Shown: piece after piece, positions 27,390 through 38,282 of the stretch
Layout: each line of letters opens with the position of its first letter
Position numbering within the stretch: position 1 is the stretch's first letter
Notes under the pieces: model-generated
What the model was told of the DNA's origin: nothing
Seen by the model: only the letters and a program-made list of their open reading frames with translations
Databases searched by the model: none
NCBI GenBank assembly: GCA_965221035.1
Contig: OZ244860.1
Span: 928,687 to 992,686, forward strand
DNA: 64,000 nt
Reading direction: 5' to 3'
Source: Candidatus Rariloculaceae bacterium
GTDB taxonomy: Bacteria; Pseudomonadota; Gammaproteobacteria; Steroidobacterales; Rariloculaceae
Position numbers and translations under genes: made by a program

Positions 27390-30365
27390 ATGAAGACTAG
27401 TAGCATTTCACCGCATGTGCCGGTAGCGATGCTGGCAATATCCACGCTGGCCGTTTTTTCCGCAAGAGCCCAGGACGACCAGGGCCAGGAACTGGAAGAA
27501 GTCGTCGTCACCGGTTCCTACCTCTATTCAGCGGTCGATTCTCCGTCCCCCGTGACGGTGGTCACCGGAGAGGACCTGATCAGCTACGCGCCGCCGGATC
27601 TCAGCAGCTTCTTCTTCGACAACGTCACCCAGAATTTCTCCAGCGCCAACATCAACCAGACCGAGAATGATGGCCAGGGTCGGGCGCGGTCCATCCGCAA
27701 CGCGTCGATCAACCTGCGTGGACTGGGCGACGAGAACTCCCTCGTGGTGCTAAACGGCCGCCGCACCATCAACTATCCGGTGGCAGACGGCACCGGTTGG
27801 TACCGCACCGACATAAATTCCATCGTGCCCCGCATCGCGGTGCAGCGCACCGAGCTGCTGCTGGACGGCGGTTCGGCGACCTTCGGCTCCGACCCGGTGG
27901 CCGGCGTGGCCAACTTCGTGACCCGGAACAACTTCCGCGGATTCGACTTCTCGATGGACAACCGCGCCCTGGAAGAGGCCATGGACGCGAAAAACGTCAC
28001 CATCGCGGCATTGTGGGGCGCGGGTGACGACAACACCAGCGTCATAGCAGCGCTTGAGTTTCACCAGGAAGATCTGATCGAACTCATCGACATTGATCCC
28101 ACCTACACGGAAATCCCGGACGTCACTCCCGAAACCGGTGTCGGCCTTGAGCCGCAACCTCATCTGGAGTATCGCCCCAGCATGGGGGGCGCCCGGTACG
28201 TGGACCCCGACTGCGGCAACCCGGCCTTCGGCACCCCGATCCGGGCTCATTGGCTGGCCTACGACGCCGACGACGGTACCGTTCGCGAGGCCGCCGACTG
28301 GGCGAGCGCCGACCAGTGCGCGCGCCCCGCCAATTTCAATTCCGCCGGCACCCTGATCAACAACAATGTCAAACAGTTGATCGCCTTCATACGTGCCGAG
28401 CACAGTTTCAACGAATCGCTGCGCGTCAACGCCGAGGCGAACTTCAGCCGCCAACGTTTCGACGACATCGATCAATGGGGCGACAACGGTTCCAACAACT
28501 GGAGCCCGCAGCCGCTGTCCCTCGGCGCCGCCTACTCCATCCCCAGGGACAACCCCGGACTGGCCAGGGCGTTGCAGCTTCAGCCAATGTTTGGCCCGGC
28601 GCCCGGCAACGATATCTACCAGATCGGCGAGACGCTGCCCTTCCAGCATGAAATGCCGGCTTTCAACAAGAACAACCTCTTCAGGGCGGCATTCGGCGTC
28701 GAGGGCGACATCAACTCCAATTGGACCTGGCTACTGGACACCTCCGCCGCCTACAGCGAAGTGTCGAACGGGGTCAGGGACATCCTGACCAGCCGGTACC
28801 CGCTGGCCATTTCCGGGCTGGGCGGACCGGACTGCGACCCCGAGAGGGGTACGCCGGGACAGGGGAACTGCTTCTACTACAATCCGTTCATGAGTTCGGC
28901 GCTGCCCGATGCCGAGGCACTGGGCGTCGCCAACGATCCCCGGCTGCTGGAGTGGCTGATACCGCTCCGGGTGGACGACTTCCTGGGAACCTTCTTTCAC
29001 TTCGACGCGCGCATCACCGGGCAATTCGGCGAACTGGCGGGCGGACCCATCGGCTTGGCCGCCGGCGTCTCCTACCGCGAGGAATACGTGGAGCGGGATG
29101 CGGACACTCTGGCGAATGGTGGCAATTTCGCCAGCCTGGGAGTATTCAACGACTTCTCGGGCAAGCAGCAGGTGGACTCCGTCTACGCCGAGCTCGCCCT
29201 GCCCGTCCGTGACGACCTCAACGTGCAGCTGGCCGCGAGGAACGAGAGTTACCAGGGCGGTTTCACCGAGCTGTCCCCGAAAATCGCGGCACTCTGGACA
29301 CCCACGGACCGGCTCGTGGTGCGCGGCTCCTGGGGCACCTCGTTCAAGGGCCCGTCAATCAGCCAGGCCAACGCCGCGACGATCTTCAGCGGCATGGGCC
29401 CGCCCCGGTTGACCGTGGCAGGCACGACCTATGGCCGCGGGGGAGGCGCGCCGACATTCACCTATGAGACGACGCCCAATCCGGACCTGCTTCCGCAGAC
29501 GTCGGACAACCTGTCATTCGGGTTCGACTACGAGGTCAACGAACGGGTCAGCGTGGGTGCCAGCTTCGTGCAGATCGAATTCAAGGACCTGATCACGGCG
29601 CAGACCGCCAACAACGTCCTCTCCAACTGCGTGGTCAAGGACGCCGACGGCATCCCGCTCACGCAGACCGGATCGGCCATGAGCAGCCTGATGTATCCAC
29701 TGAACCCGGACGGTTCGTGCGTCAAGGCCGTGGTGGAGATGGACCCCTCGATCGTTTTCGACGTCAATGGCGACGGCATTCTGGACACCATCACCGACAA
29801 TATCGGCACGCTGGCGAACAAGCCCACCAACATCGGTTTCGTCGACACCCAGTTCCTGGACGTCCGGGCCAACATGCGGTTCGACACGCCGGCCGGGGCG
29901 GTAAGCTTCACTCCACAGGTGACCTTCACCCTCCAGTACGACTTCCCGGTCGGCGGCGTGGCCGGGCGCGACGACCTGTGCCCGCCCCCCGAAGGCGTGT
30001 GCAGCGCCATCGGCCGCAACCTGGGGATGGGTTTCAACGGTGTGACCAACATGCCCCATTGGCAGGGCACGTTCTCCGTGGCGCTGAACAGGGGCAACCA
30101 CCGCGCCCGGATTACGCCGCGCTACCGCGATTCCCTGAACACCGCGTACGGCGACCTCTCGGACGACGCCCGGATCGGCTGGACCCATGAAGAGGGCCAA
30201 TGGACACTGGCGGCGAACTACAGCTACCAGTTCCCCCAGGGGTCGAGCGTTGCGCTCACCATCAACAACCTGTTCGCGACGGACCCGCCGGAACAGTCCG
30301 GCGCGCGCTTCGACCGCCGCAGAAGGGAGTACGGCCTGCAGTTCAGGCACTCTTTCGAGAATTAG
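27390..30365 (+). CDS. TonB-dependent receptor
   Basis: 991 aa. Signal peptide, then the plug ELEEVVVTGSY..SPVTVVTGEDL. The C-terminal end is YGLQFRHSFEN. Divergent from the preceding TBDR. Confidence 0.9.
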   Translation: MKTSSISPHVPVAMLAISTLAVFSARAQDDQGQELEEVVVTGSYLYSAVDSPSPVTVVTGEDLISYAPPDLSSFFFDNVTQNFSSANINQTENDGQGRARSIRNASINLRGLGDENSLVVLNGRRTINYPVADGTGWYRTDINSIVPRIAVQRTELLLDGGSATFGSDPVAGVANFVTRNNFRGFDFSMDNRALEEAMDAKNVTIAALWGAGDDNTSVIAALEFHQEDLIELIDIDPTYTEIPDVTPETGVGLEPQPHLEYRPSMGGARYVDPDCGNPAFGTPIRAHWLAYDADDGTVREAADWASADQCARPANFNSAGTLINNNVKQLIAFIRAEHSFNESLRVNAEANFSRQRFDDIDQWGDNGSNNWSPQPLSLGAAYSIPRDNPGLARALQLQPMFGPAPGNDIYQIGETLPFQHEMPAFNKNNLFRAAFGVEGDINSNWTWLLDTSAAYSEVSNGVRDILTSRYPLAISGLGGPDCDPERGTPGQGNCFYYNPFMSSALPDAEALGVANDPRLLEWLIPLRVDDFLGTFFHFDARITGQFGELAGGPIGLAAGVSYREEYVERDADTLANGGNFASLGVFNDFSGKQQVDSVYAELALPVRDDLNVQLAARNESYQGGFTELSPKIAALWTPTDRLVVRGSWGTSFKGPSISQANAATIFSGMGPPRLTVAGTTYGRGGGAPTFTYETTPNPDLLPQTSDNLSFGFDYEVNERVSVGASFVQIEFKDLITAQTANNVLSNCVVKDADGIPLTQTGSAMSSLMYPLNPDGSCVKAVVEMDPSIVFDVNGDGILDTITDNIGTLANKPTNIGFVDTQFLDVRANMRFDTPAGAVSFTPQVTFTLQYDFPVGGVAGRDDLCPPPEGVCSAIGRNLGMGFNGVTNMPHWQGTFSVALNRGNHRARITPRYRDSLNTAYGDLSDDARIGWTHEEGQWTLAANYSYQFPQGSSVALTINNLFATDPPEQSGARFDRRRREYGLQFRHSFEN

Positions 30366-30409
30366 GGGCCGTTGCGAGAATCAGGAGTCGTTGGCACGAC
30401 CCCGGAAAG

Positions 30410-32140
30410 CTACAACGCCTCGTGGACGATCCGCCCGTCCACCATGGTCAGTACCGAGTTGAGGTCCCGGATCTCGTCCGCCGGTATGGTCATGTAATCC
30501 CGGTCGAGCACGACGAGATCGGCCAGCTTGCCGACCTCCAGCGAGCCGAGCAGATCCTCCTTGTGCATCAGCCAGGCATTGGAGCGCGTGTGGGCGATCA
30601 GCGCTTCCTCGCGGGTCAGCGTGCCGTGACGGAAGTAAGGCTGCCCCGCGGTATCCTTGCCCGAAACGACCCAATAGAGCGTGAAGAACGGCGAGTCGTG
30701 GGCCACCACCTGGGCGTCGGAGCCGAGGCCGAAGGGGATGCCGATTTCCTGGTACCAGCGGATCGGCGGCGCGTCCTGCTTCGCCAGCAACGCGGCCCGA
30801 GTGGCGTTGGCATTACGCGTCTGCGGTGAACTCATGGCGGCAGAACTGTGCAGCGCGACAGCCATGCCCAGCGCCTTCGCCCGTTCGATGGTCGCCCGCG
30901 ACAGCCCCTGGGCATGCTCGAAACGCCAGCGCAGATGGGTGATGGGATAGGTCTCGTTGATCTCCTCGTAGATGTCCAGCATCTGATTGACGGTGATGTC
31001 GCGGTTGACGTGCTCGTTCACCTGCCAGCCGTGCTGCGCCGCGGCGGTGGCGATCAGCCGGAACTGTTCCATCAGGTCGTCCGGATAGGGCCGCTCGCCC
31101 ATGCCGTAGGTGTCCGACACAGGCAGGTAGACATGCTCCCCGAAATGCAGCATCTGGTACATCTCGGGACCCGAAAACGGTCGGTGGATGCCAAGTCCCG
31201 CAACGATCCCCGGAACTTCCTCCGGTGTCCACGCGCTCACGTTCCTGCCGAAGTGCGGCGGGTAGTAGATGCGCATGTCCAGCTCACCAGTGTCCACCAG
31301 GTGCTCCCGGATGTACTCCAGGGCCTCCTCCGGAAACTCCGGCCCGTTGTAGGTCATGGAGGTGGTGACGCCCAGCTTGAGGTAGTCCGCGATCTCGGCC
31401 TTGAGTCCCTCCACCACCGTTTCGCCGGTGACTTCGGGGAACAACGGCCGCAATTGCCACTTGAGGAAAATGCTGCCGGTGAACTTGCCGGTGACGTTTC
31501 CGTCGGCGTCGCGCCAGATGCGCCCTCCCGTCTCCGGCCCTGGTTCCGGCATGTCGTTGGTGATGCCGCCCAGTTCCATGGCCTTGGTGTTCAGCACCGC
31601 CGTGCCCCAGCTGATCTGGGTATACACCGGGTTATCCGGCGCCACCGCGTCTAGTTCGTCCCGGGTGAACTCGCGCTGGTCGTCCGTGAACTGCACAGGA
31701 TTCCACCCGCCGATGGCGAAGACGATATGCCCAGGCCCGTCTCCGGGTCCCAGTTCCGCCGCCTTCGCGGCGATGCGCTCCAGCGCCTCCGCGCGGGTCC
31801 GAACGCGGCCCAGGCGCACGCCGTTCGGCCAGGTCGGGGCGTTGAAGATGAGATGGTTGTGGTTGTCGATCAATCCCGGAATGGCCGTCCTGCCATCCAG
31901 GTCGATGACCCGGGTGCCGTCGCCGGCCAGGGCCCCGATTTCGTCGTTGCTTCCTACGGCGGCGATTCGGTTCCCCGTAACCGCCAAGGCCTGCGCGACC
32001 GAAAAATCCCCGTCGACGGTCAGGATCTTGCCGTTCACGAAGATCGTCTCCGGATCCTCCTGGCTCATGACCGGCAGGGCACACGCTCCGACTGCCAGCG
32101 CGACGACGACGCGCGCCCAACGACGATGCAATGAATGCAT
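30410..32140 (-). CDS. secreted amidohydrolase-family (Amidohydro_3 / YtcJ-like) metal-dependent hydrolase
   Basis: 576 aa. Signal peptide, then IFVNGKILTVDG..AIPGLIDNHNHL and a C-terminal GSLEVGKLADLVVLDRD. Confidence 0.88.
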   Translation of the reverse strand: MHSLHRRWARVVVALAVGACALPVMSQEDPETIFVNGKILTVDGDFSVAQALAVTGNRIAAVGSNDEIGALAGDGTRVIDLDGRTAIPGLIDNHNHLIFNAPTWPNGVRLGRVRTRAEALERIAAKAAELGPGDGPGHIVFAIGGWNPVQFTDDQREFTRDELDAVAPDNPVYTQISWGTAVLNTKAMELGGITNDMPEPGPETGGRIWRDADGNVTGKFTGSIFLKWQLRPLFPEVTGETVVEGLKAEIADYLKLGVTTSMTYNGPEFPEEALEYIREHLVDTGELDMRIYYPPHFGRNVSAWTPEEVPGIVAGLGIHRPFSGPEMYQMLHFGEHVYLPVSDTYGMGERPYPDDLMEQFRLIATAAAQHGWQVNEHVNRDITVNQMLDIYEEINETYPITHLRWRFEHAQGLSRATIERAKALGMAVALHSSAAMSSPQTRNANATRAALLAKQDAPPIRWYQEIGIPFGLGSDAQVVAHDSPFFTLYWVVSGKDTAGQPYFRHGTLTREEALIAHTRSNAWLMHKEDLLGSLEVGKLADLVVLDRDYMTIPADEIRDLNSVLTMVDGRIVHEAL

Positions 32141-32329
32141 GGCGATTACCTCCTTCGGAATCTTGCCGTAGCTTATACCTTAAACCAGATATCGCTCCTG
32201 AAATCGCCTTGCGTTACGCTCCTGGTGCGTTATTTGAGCCTGAATGCACTCACAGATTTTGCTGACGAGTCAAACTTCCGATATCCTCAATTACCAGTAC
32301 TTTCGCGTCCGACGCGAAGGGGGGAAGCC

Positions 32330-34531
32330 ATGGCTACAAGAAAAATCCTCTCTCTGAATGTTACGGGGCTTGTTTCACTCACGTTCATTGCCTGCAGTTC
32401 CGAGAACGGGCAAGCGCCAGACCAGCCGGATTCCAGTCTTCAATCACCGCCCGCCAGCGGAGTTCAAGCAGAAGGTGACGATATCGGCGGCACCGTGATC
32501 GGCCCGGGCGGTCCTGAAGCCGGAGTATGGGTCATTGCCGAGACCCATGATCTCGGGACGCGCTACGCCAAGATCGTGGTCACGGACGACCTGGGCCGTT
32601 TCCTCATTCCCGATCTGCCCCAGGCCGATTACGATGTCTGGGTGCGCGGTTACGGCCTGGTGGATTCCGAAAAAACCCAGGCCTCTCCGGGTGGCAATCT
32701 GGACCTCATGGCGGTGCCTGCCCCCAGTGAAGCAGCGGCAGCGCACTACTACCCGGCCGGCTACTGGTTCTCCCTGCTGGAAATTCCGGCCAGGAGCGAA
32801 TTTCCCGGCACCGGTCCGGCGGGTAACGGCATCAGCCCGGAAGTCGAGCACCAGGCGGACTATATCCGCCTCATCACCTCCGGCAGCTGCCTGAGCTGCC
32901 ACCAGATGGGCAATCAGGCAACGCGGGAAATACCGGCCCTGTTCAGCACTTATGAAACCTCCGCCGATGCCTGGTTGCGCCGCATCCAGTCCGGTCAGGC
33001 GGGAGCCTGGATGGTCCGCACCCTGACCGGCCTGGGATTGGAAGGCACCATCCGCATGTTCGCGGACTGGACCGACCGCATCGCCGCCGGCGAACTGCCG
33101 CCGGCGCCGGCCCGCCCCCAGGGATTGGAACGCAATGTGGTCATCACCCAATGGGACTGGGCCGATCCCACCGCCTATTTGCATGACCTGGTCTCCACCG
33201 ACCGGCGCGATCCCACCGTCAACGCCTTTGGCAAGATTTACGGAGCGCTGGAAGAAAGCGCCGACTACATACCGGTGCTCGACCCCGTCAATCACACCCT
33301 GGATCAGATTCCATTGACCATGATGGACCCCGAAGCGGGCCCTGTCTCCAGTCCCTCCCTGGCGGAATCCCCTTACTGGGGCGATGAGGCCATCTGGGAT
33401 TCCAGGGCCAACGTGCACAACCCCATGCTGGACGAACAGGGCCGAGTGTGGATCACCGCCCGGGTGCGTGGCAGGGACAACCCCGACTGGTGTCGGTCGG
33501 GCTCGGATCATCCCTCCGCCCAGGTCTTCCCCTTGCAGGGCTCGGGACGCCAGTTGGGCGTGTACGATCCAGCCAGCGGGGAATACACTCACATCGATAC
33601 CTGCTTTGGCACCCACCACCTGATGTTCGCCGAGGATGCAGACAACACCCTGTGGACCAGCGGCGGTGGCGAGGTGATCGGTTGGCTGAACGCGAACGAA
33701 TTCCTGGAAACCGGTGACGCCGCGGCCTCCCAGGGATGGACACCGTTGATCCTGGATATCAACGGCAACGGCGTGCGAGACGCGGAATACGTGGAACCCG
33801 GCGACGCCGTGGACCCCACCAGGGACAAACGCATCGATCCCGGCAGCTTCTACGCCGTGGCTCCCGCGCCGGACGGTTCCGTGTGGGGGTCCATGCTCGG
33901 CTACCCCGGCAGCGTGGTCAGGCTGGAGCCGGGCGACAACCCCAGCGAGACCGCCCTGATCGAGTACTACGAGCTGCCGGTGGATGAGAACGGCGACCCC
34001 ATCGAGGGGTTCACCCCCCGAGGCATGGACATCGACCGCGATGGCGTAGCCTGGGTGGCCCTGGCCAGCGGCCACATGGGCAGATTCGACCGCCGCGAAT
34101 GCGAAGGCCCCTTGAACGGTCCCCAGGCCACCGGTCAGCACTGCCCCGAGGGCTGGAGCTTCCACACGGAGCCCCTGCCTCAATTCAGGAACCTGGACGG
34201 GTCCGGCAGTTCCGAAGGCAGCTACTATACCTGGGTAGACCAGTTCAACACCCTGGGTCTCGGGGATAATATCCCCATCAACACCGGCAACCAGAGCGGC
34301 GCCTTGCTGGTGCTCAGAGACGGCGAGTGGGTGAGAATGCGCGTGCCCTACCCCTTGGGCTTCTATACCAAGTGGATGGACGGGCGCATCGACGATCCCG
34401 ACGCCGGCTGGAAAGGCCGGGGCATCTGGGCTTCCTTCAGCGGCCGCGCACCCTTCCACATGGAAACCGGGGAAGGCACAACCGGCCAGGTATTCCACTT
34501 CCAGATGCGGCCGAACCCGCTAAGCAACTGA
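32330..34531 (+). CDS. lipoprotein with carboxypeptidase-regulatory-like domain and CxxCH motif, unknown function
   Basis: ATG at 32330 with GAAGGGGGGA upstream. Lipobox LTFIACSS. The CarboxypepD_reg-like stretch is GTVIGPGGPEAGVWVIAET..VVTDDLGRFLIPDLPQADYDVWV. The CLSCH motif is encoded at 32888-32902. Confidence 0.75.
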   Translation: MATRKILSLNVTGLVSLTFIACSSENGQAPDQPDSSLQSPPASGVQAEGDDIGGTVIGPGGPEAGVWVIAETHDLGTRYAKIVVTDDLGRFLIPDLPQADYDVWVRGYGLVDSEKTQASPGGNLDLMAVPAPSEAAAAHYYPAGYWFSLLEIPARSEFPGTGPAGNGISPEVEHQADYIRLITSGSCLSCHQMGNQATREIPALFSTYETSADAWLRRIQSGQAGAWMVRTLTGLGLEGTIRMFADWTDRIAAGELPPAPARPQGLERNVVITQWDWADPTAYLHDLVSTDRRDPTVNAFGKIYGALEESADYIPVLDPVNHTLDQIPLTMMDPEAGPVSSPSLAESPYWGDEAIWDSRANVHNPMLDEQGRVWITARVRGRDNPDWCRSGSDHPSAQVFPLQGSGRQLGVYDPASGEYTHIDTCFGTHHLMFAEDADNTLWTSGGGEVIGWLNANEFLETGDAAASQGWTPLILDINGNGVRDAEYVEPGDAVDPTRDKRIDPGSFYAVAPAPDGSVWGSMLGYPGSVVRLEPGDNPSETALIEYYELPVDENGDPIEGFTPRGMDIDRDGVAWVALASGHMGRFDRRECEGPLNGPQATGQHCPEGWSFHTEPLPQFRNLDGSGSSEGSYYTWVDQFNTLGLGDNIPINTGNQSGALLVLRDGEWVRMRVPYPLGFYTKWMDGRIDDPDAGWKGRGIWASFSGRAPFHMETGEGTTGQVFHFQMRPNPLSN

Positions 34532-34554
34532 CGATTCACACCAGAGGTACTGAG

Positions 34555-35901
34555 ATGAACAGAATTCAGCACGTCGCAGCATTGATATTCACCTACTTGT
34601 TCCTGACGGTCGGCGCCCAGGCAAACGACTTCGTTCTTCGTGAATTTGAAAAACAGGAACTGACCCCCGCCTATTGGTCGGAAGGTGCCGATTTCGGCGA
34701 CTTCAATCAGGATGGTCACCAGGATGTCGTCAGCGGACCACACATATTCCTGGGACCCGATTTCAATCACCGTTACGAATACTATCCGGCGGTGGCACCG
34801 ACCAAGCGGCTTCCAAACGATCATTCGATTTACTCCAATGACAATTTCTTTTCGTGGGTCCTTGATTTCAATGCGGACGGCTGGCCCGATATCCTGACGG
34901 TGGGACTTCCCAATACCGAGGCTTTCTGGTACCAGAACCCGGGCTACTCCTTCAGTGGGCCGGCCCCGGACCAGCCGGACCACTGGGCGCGCCACCTGGT
35001 AATAGATCGTGTTGCCAACGAAGCGCCTGAATTCGTGGACATCACCGGTGACGGGGTGCCTGAACTTTTGATGGCCTACAGCAGACATTACGGCTATGCC
35101 TCGCCGAACCCGGTAGCTCCGACTCTACCTTGGATCTTCCGCCCGATTTCGACCAGCGACGAGGTGGTTCATCACTACACGCACGGCCTGGGCTACGGGG
35201 ATGTCGACGGCGACGGACGCACCGACGTTCTGCACGGGGATGGATGGTTGCAACAACCCGACTCCCTGCAAGGCGACCCGGATTGGGCTTTTCACCCCTT
35301 CCCCTTCGCCGATCGTGGGGGAGACGGGCTTTTCGATGGTTTGAGGGGGGGAGCCCAGATGTACGCCTATGACGTGAATGGCGACGGGCTCAACGACGTC
35401 ATCACGAGCCTGGACGCTCATGGTTGGGGCCTGAGCTGGTTCGAACAGAGCCGTACCGGAGATGCGATCACCTTCCAGGAGCACGTTATTCTGAGCAAGG
35501 AGGAGACGAATACCGACAACCCTTATGGTGTTCAATTCTCACAGCTCCACGCGGTAGAGCTTGCCGACATCGATGGCGACGGCCTGAACGACATTGTGAC
35601 CGGAAAGACCTACCGGGCTCACGACTTCGGCGACCCAGGGTCCCGACAGGCCCCGGTGATCTATTGGTTCCAGCTCACGCGCCAGGATGGCCAGGCAGAA
35701 TTCGTTCCTCACCTGATCGACGACCAGGCGGGCATCGGACGGCGGCTGGTAAGCGGAGACCTGAATGGAGATGGGCTGATCGATCTGGTGGTCGGCAACA
35801 AGTTTGGGACGTTTGTATTTACCCAAACGGTTCGAAATGTCGACCAGGAGGAATGGGAACAGGCACAGCCTGTCCGCAGCCAGGACATTCGGCCGCTATG
35901 A
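34555..35901 (+). CDS. secreted FG-GAP/VCBS-repeat protein
   Basis: The internal ATG gives MNRIQHVAALIFTYLFLTVGAQA as signal peptide. Repeats include DFNQDGHQDV, DFNADGWPDI, DITGDGVPEL, DVDGDGRTDV, DVNGDGLNDV, DIDGDGLNDI and DLNGDGLIDL. Confidence 0.8.
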   Translation: MNRIQHVAALIFTYLFLTVGAQANDFVLREFEKQELTPAYWSEGADFGDFNQDGHQDVVSGPHIFLGPDFNHRYEYYPAVAPTKRLPNDHSIYSNDNFFSWVLDFNADGWPDILTVGLPNTEAFWYQNPGYSFSGPAPDQPDHWARHLVIDRVANEAPEFVDITGDGVPELLMAYSRHYGYASPNPVAPTLPWIFRPISTSDEVVHHYTHGLGYGDVDGDGRTDVLHGDGWLQQPDSLQGDPDWAFHPFPFADRGGDGLFDGLRGGAQMYAYDVNGDGLNDVITSLDAHGWGLSWFEQSRTGDAITFQEHVILSKEETNTDNPYGVQFSQLHAVELADIDGDGLNDIVTGKTYRAHDFGDPGSRQAPVIYWFQLTRQDGQAEFVPHLIDDQAGIGRRLVSGDLNGDGLIDLVVGNKFGTFVFTQTVRNVDQEEWEQAQPVRSQDIRPL

Positions 35902-36879
35902 ATCTGCCGCAATAAAGCGGTAGCGCGTCGTCTGGGAATAGCGCTCTCCCGGCACAAGCAGGGTGGCGGGAAAGGCGGGTTGATTGGGTGTATCCGGAAA
36001 GTGCTGGGGCTCAAGGCACAGGCCAAGGTGCGGCGCGAACGGCGGTCCAAGTTTCTGCCCGCCGTATACCTGAAGCCCGGGGCACGTTGTCGTCACTCGC
36101 AAGCGCAGGTCGCCGTTCGGGCTCTCGAGCTCGGCACGGCCTCCGGATTCGCCCAGAACATAGTTGAAGTCCATCCCGTCGGCGCGCACGACCAACGGGT
36201 GACGCGACCCGATGACATCACGCAGCGCCGCCGGCTGGCGCAGGTCCAGTCCGGATCCGGTGACATCAAGGAGTTCGCCGGTCGGCAGCAGTTCGTCGTT
36301 GACCTCAAGTATCTGGTGGCTGGCAACTTGCAGCCGATGTTCGAGTACATCGGCACCGCCGGCCGCGAGATTGAAATAGGCGTGGTTGGTCATGTTGACA
36401 TGTGTCGGCCGGTCGGATTCAGCTTCGAGATGGATCAGCAGCTCGCGTTCATCCGTCCAGCGGTATGTGACGCTCGCCTCGAGCGTTCCGGGGTAGCCCT
36501 GGTCACCATCCACTGATTGGAACCGAAACCGCCCCGTATCGTCAGGGACCGCCGCATCGATCGACCAGTACCTGTTGTGAAAGCCGCCCGCACCGCCGTG
36601 CAGGTGGTTTTCCCCCTCGTTGGCATCGAGCGGATATTCGACACCACCGAGGTTGAAGCGCGCGCCGGCGATGCGGTTGCAGGTACGCCCGACGGTGGCG
36701 CCCATGAAGTAAGGGTCGGTGAGGTTACCAGCGCGATCTTCATAACCGAGTATCACGTTGCGCATGCCACCGGGCAGCCGCAGTTCGATGCGTGTCAGTC
36801 GCGCGCCGTAATTCAGCAGCGTGACACGGTCGCCGCGGGCGTTTCGCAGAACACGCTCCGTCAAGCTGTCCGTCGCCAT
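35896..36879 (-). CDS. galM: aldose 1-epimerase (galactose mutarotase family)
   Basis: 327 aa. The family-typical motifs are GATVGRTCNRIAGARF..YPLDANEGENHLHGG..GF and GLCLEPQHFPD. Confidence 0.88.
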   Translation of the reverse strand: MATDSLTERVLRNARGDRVTLLNYGARLTRIELRLPGGMRNVILGYEDRAGNLTDPYFMGATVGRTCNRIAGARFNLGGVEYPLDANEGENHLHGGAGGFHNRYWSIDAAVPDDTGRFRFQSVDGDQGYPGTLEASVTYRWTDERELLIHLEAESDRPTHVNMTNHAYFNLAAGGADVLEHRLQVASHQILEVNDELLPTGELLDVTGSGLDLRQPAALRDVIGSRHPLVVRADGMDFNYVLGESGGRAELESPNGDLRLRVTTTCPGLQVYGGQKLGPPFAPHLGLCLEPQHFPDTPNQPAFPATLLVPGERYSQTTRYRFIAADS

Positions 36880-36932
36880 CGTGTCGCTTGCCTGGTGCCT
36901 GTACAGATTACGATACCCGCTTCACCAGACGC

Positions 36933-38282
36933 TCAGGGATTTACCCGAAACATGAAGTCATTGATGACGTTCTCGACCCATTCCTGCCGGCCGCTTTGCT
37001 TGCGCGGCTCTCCCTGTCTCGCGGCATGTTCGCGGAGATCCTCCAGGGATAGCCGGCCTTGGGCAAATGCCTGGCCCTGTCCTTTGTCGAAACTGGCATA
37101 GCGCTCGCGGCGTAAATCAGCCAGCGAGGAGTTCTCGAGGATCTCGTGGGCGATGAGCAGGCCGCGTGCGTAGGAGTCCATGGCTCCGATATGCGCGATA
37201 AACAGGTCTTCCAGGTTGGTCGATTCACGCCGGACCTTGGCGTCAAAGTTCAGACCACCGGTCCTGAAGCCACCGTCTTCGAGTACGACAAGCATCGCCT
37301 GCACCGTGTCGTACAGGTCGGTCGGGAACTGGTCCGTATCCCAGCCGTTCTGGGGATTGCCGCGATTGGCGTCGATCGAGCCAAGCAAGCCGGCATCAGT
37401 GCACATTCTGAGTTCGTGCGCGAATGAGTGGCCCGCCAGCGTGGCGTGATTGGCTTCGACGTTGACCTTGAAATCGTCGTCAAGTCCATGCTGCCGGATA
37501 AAGCCGATGACGGTCTGGGCGTCGACGTCGTACTGGTGGTACATGGGTTCCATCGGCTTGGGCTCGATCAGGAACGTGCCGTTGAAGCCGATCGAGCGGC
37601 CGTAGTCGCGGGCCATGCCAAGGAACCTCGCCATGTGTTCCAGCTCGCGGCCGGTATCGGTGTTGAACAGTGTGGAATACCCCTCACGCCCCCCCCAGAA
37701 TACATAGTTCTCGCCGCCGAGTTCGACCGTCGCATCCAGCGCCGCCTTGACCTGGGCCCCCGCGTGCGCGACGACATCGAAATCCGGGTTGGTGGCTGCG
37801 CCGTTCATGTAACGCGGATGCGAGAACAGGTTCGCGGTGCCCCAAAGCAACCGGATTCCGGTTTCCTCCTGCCGTGCCTTGGCACGCCCGACCATGTGCT
37901 GCAGGTTTTTTTCGCTTTCGGTCACGCTCGCTCCTTCGGGAGCCAGGTCGCGGTCATGAAAGCAGAAGTAAGGCACCGTCATCTTGCTGAAGAACTCGAA
38001 CGCAGCGTCAAGCCGTTCCTCTGCAGCCTGTAGCCGGTCGGAGCTCTCATTCCAGGGGTGGGGGCGCGTGCCGGGACCAAAGGGATCCGCACCGTCAGCG
38101 CAGAACGTGTGCCAGTAGCAGATGGAAAAACGCAGATGCTCGCGCATGGTCCTGTCGCCGACCAAGCGATCCGCATCATAGGCCTTGAATGCCAGACGGT
38201 TATCGGACTCTGGGCCTTCGTAGGCTATACGTGAAATGCCGGGAAAGTACTCGCGGTTGCCAATCCAGGGTCGCGAACTCAT
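36933..38282 (-). CDS. xylA: xylose isomerase
   Basis: 449 aa. [33 protein letters not shown] and NHATLAGH are all canonical XylA motifs. Confidence 0.95.
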   Translation of the reverse strand: MSSRPWIGNREYFPGISRIAYEGPESDNRLAFKAYDADRLVGDRTMREHLRFSICYWHTFCADGADPFGPGTRPHPWNESSDRLQAAEERLDAAFEFFSKMTVPYFCFHDRDLAPEGASVTESEKNLQHMVGRAKARQEETGIRLLWGTANLFSHPRYMNGAATNPDFDVVAHAGAQVKAALDATVELGGENYVFWGGREGYSTLFNTDTGRELEHMARFLGMARDYGRSIGFNGTFLIEPKPMEPMYHQYDVDAQTVIGFIRQHGLDDDFKVNVEANHATLAGHSFAHELRMCTDAGLLGSIDANRGNPQNGWDTDQFPTDLYDTVQAMLVVLEDGGFRTGGLNFDAKVRRESTNLEDLFIAHIGAMDSYARGLLIAHEILENSSLADLRRERYASFDKGQGQAFAQGRLSLEDLREHAARQGEPRKQSGRQEWVENVINDFMFRVNP

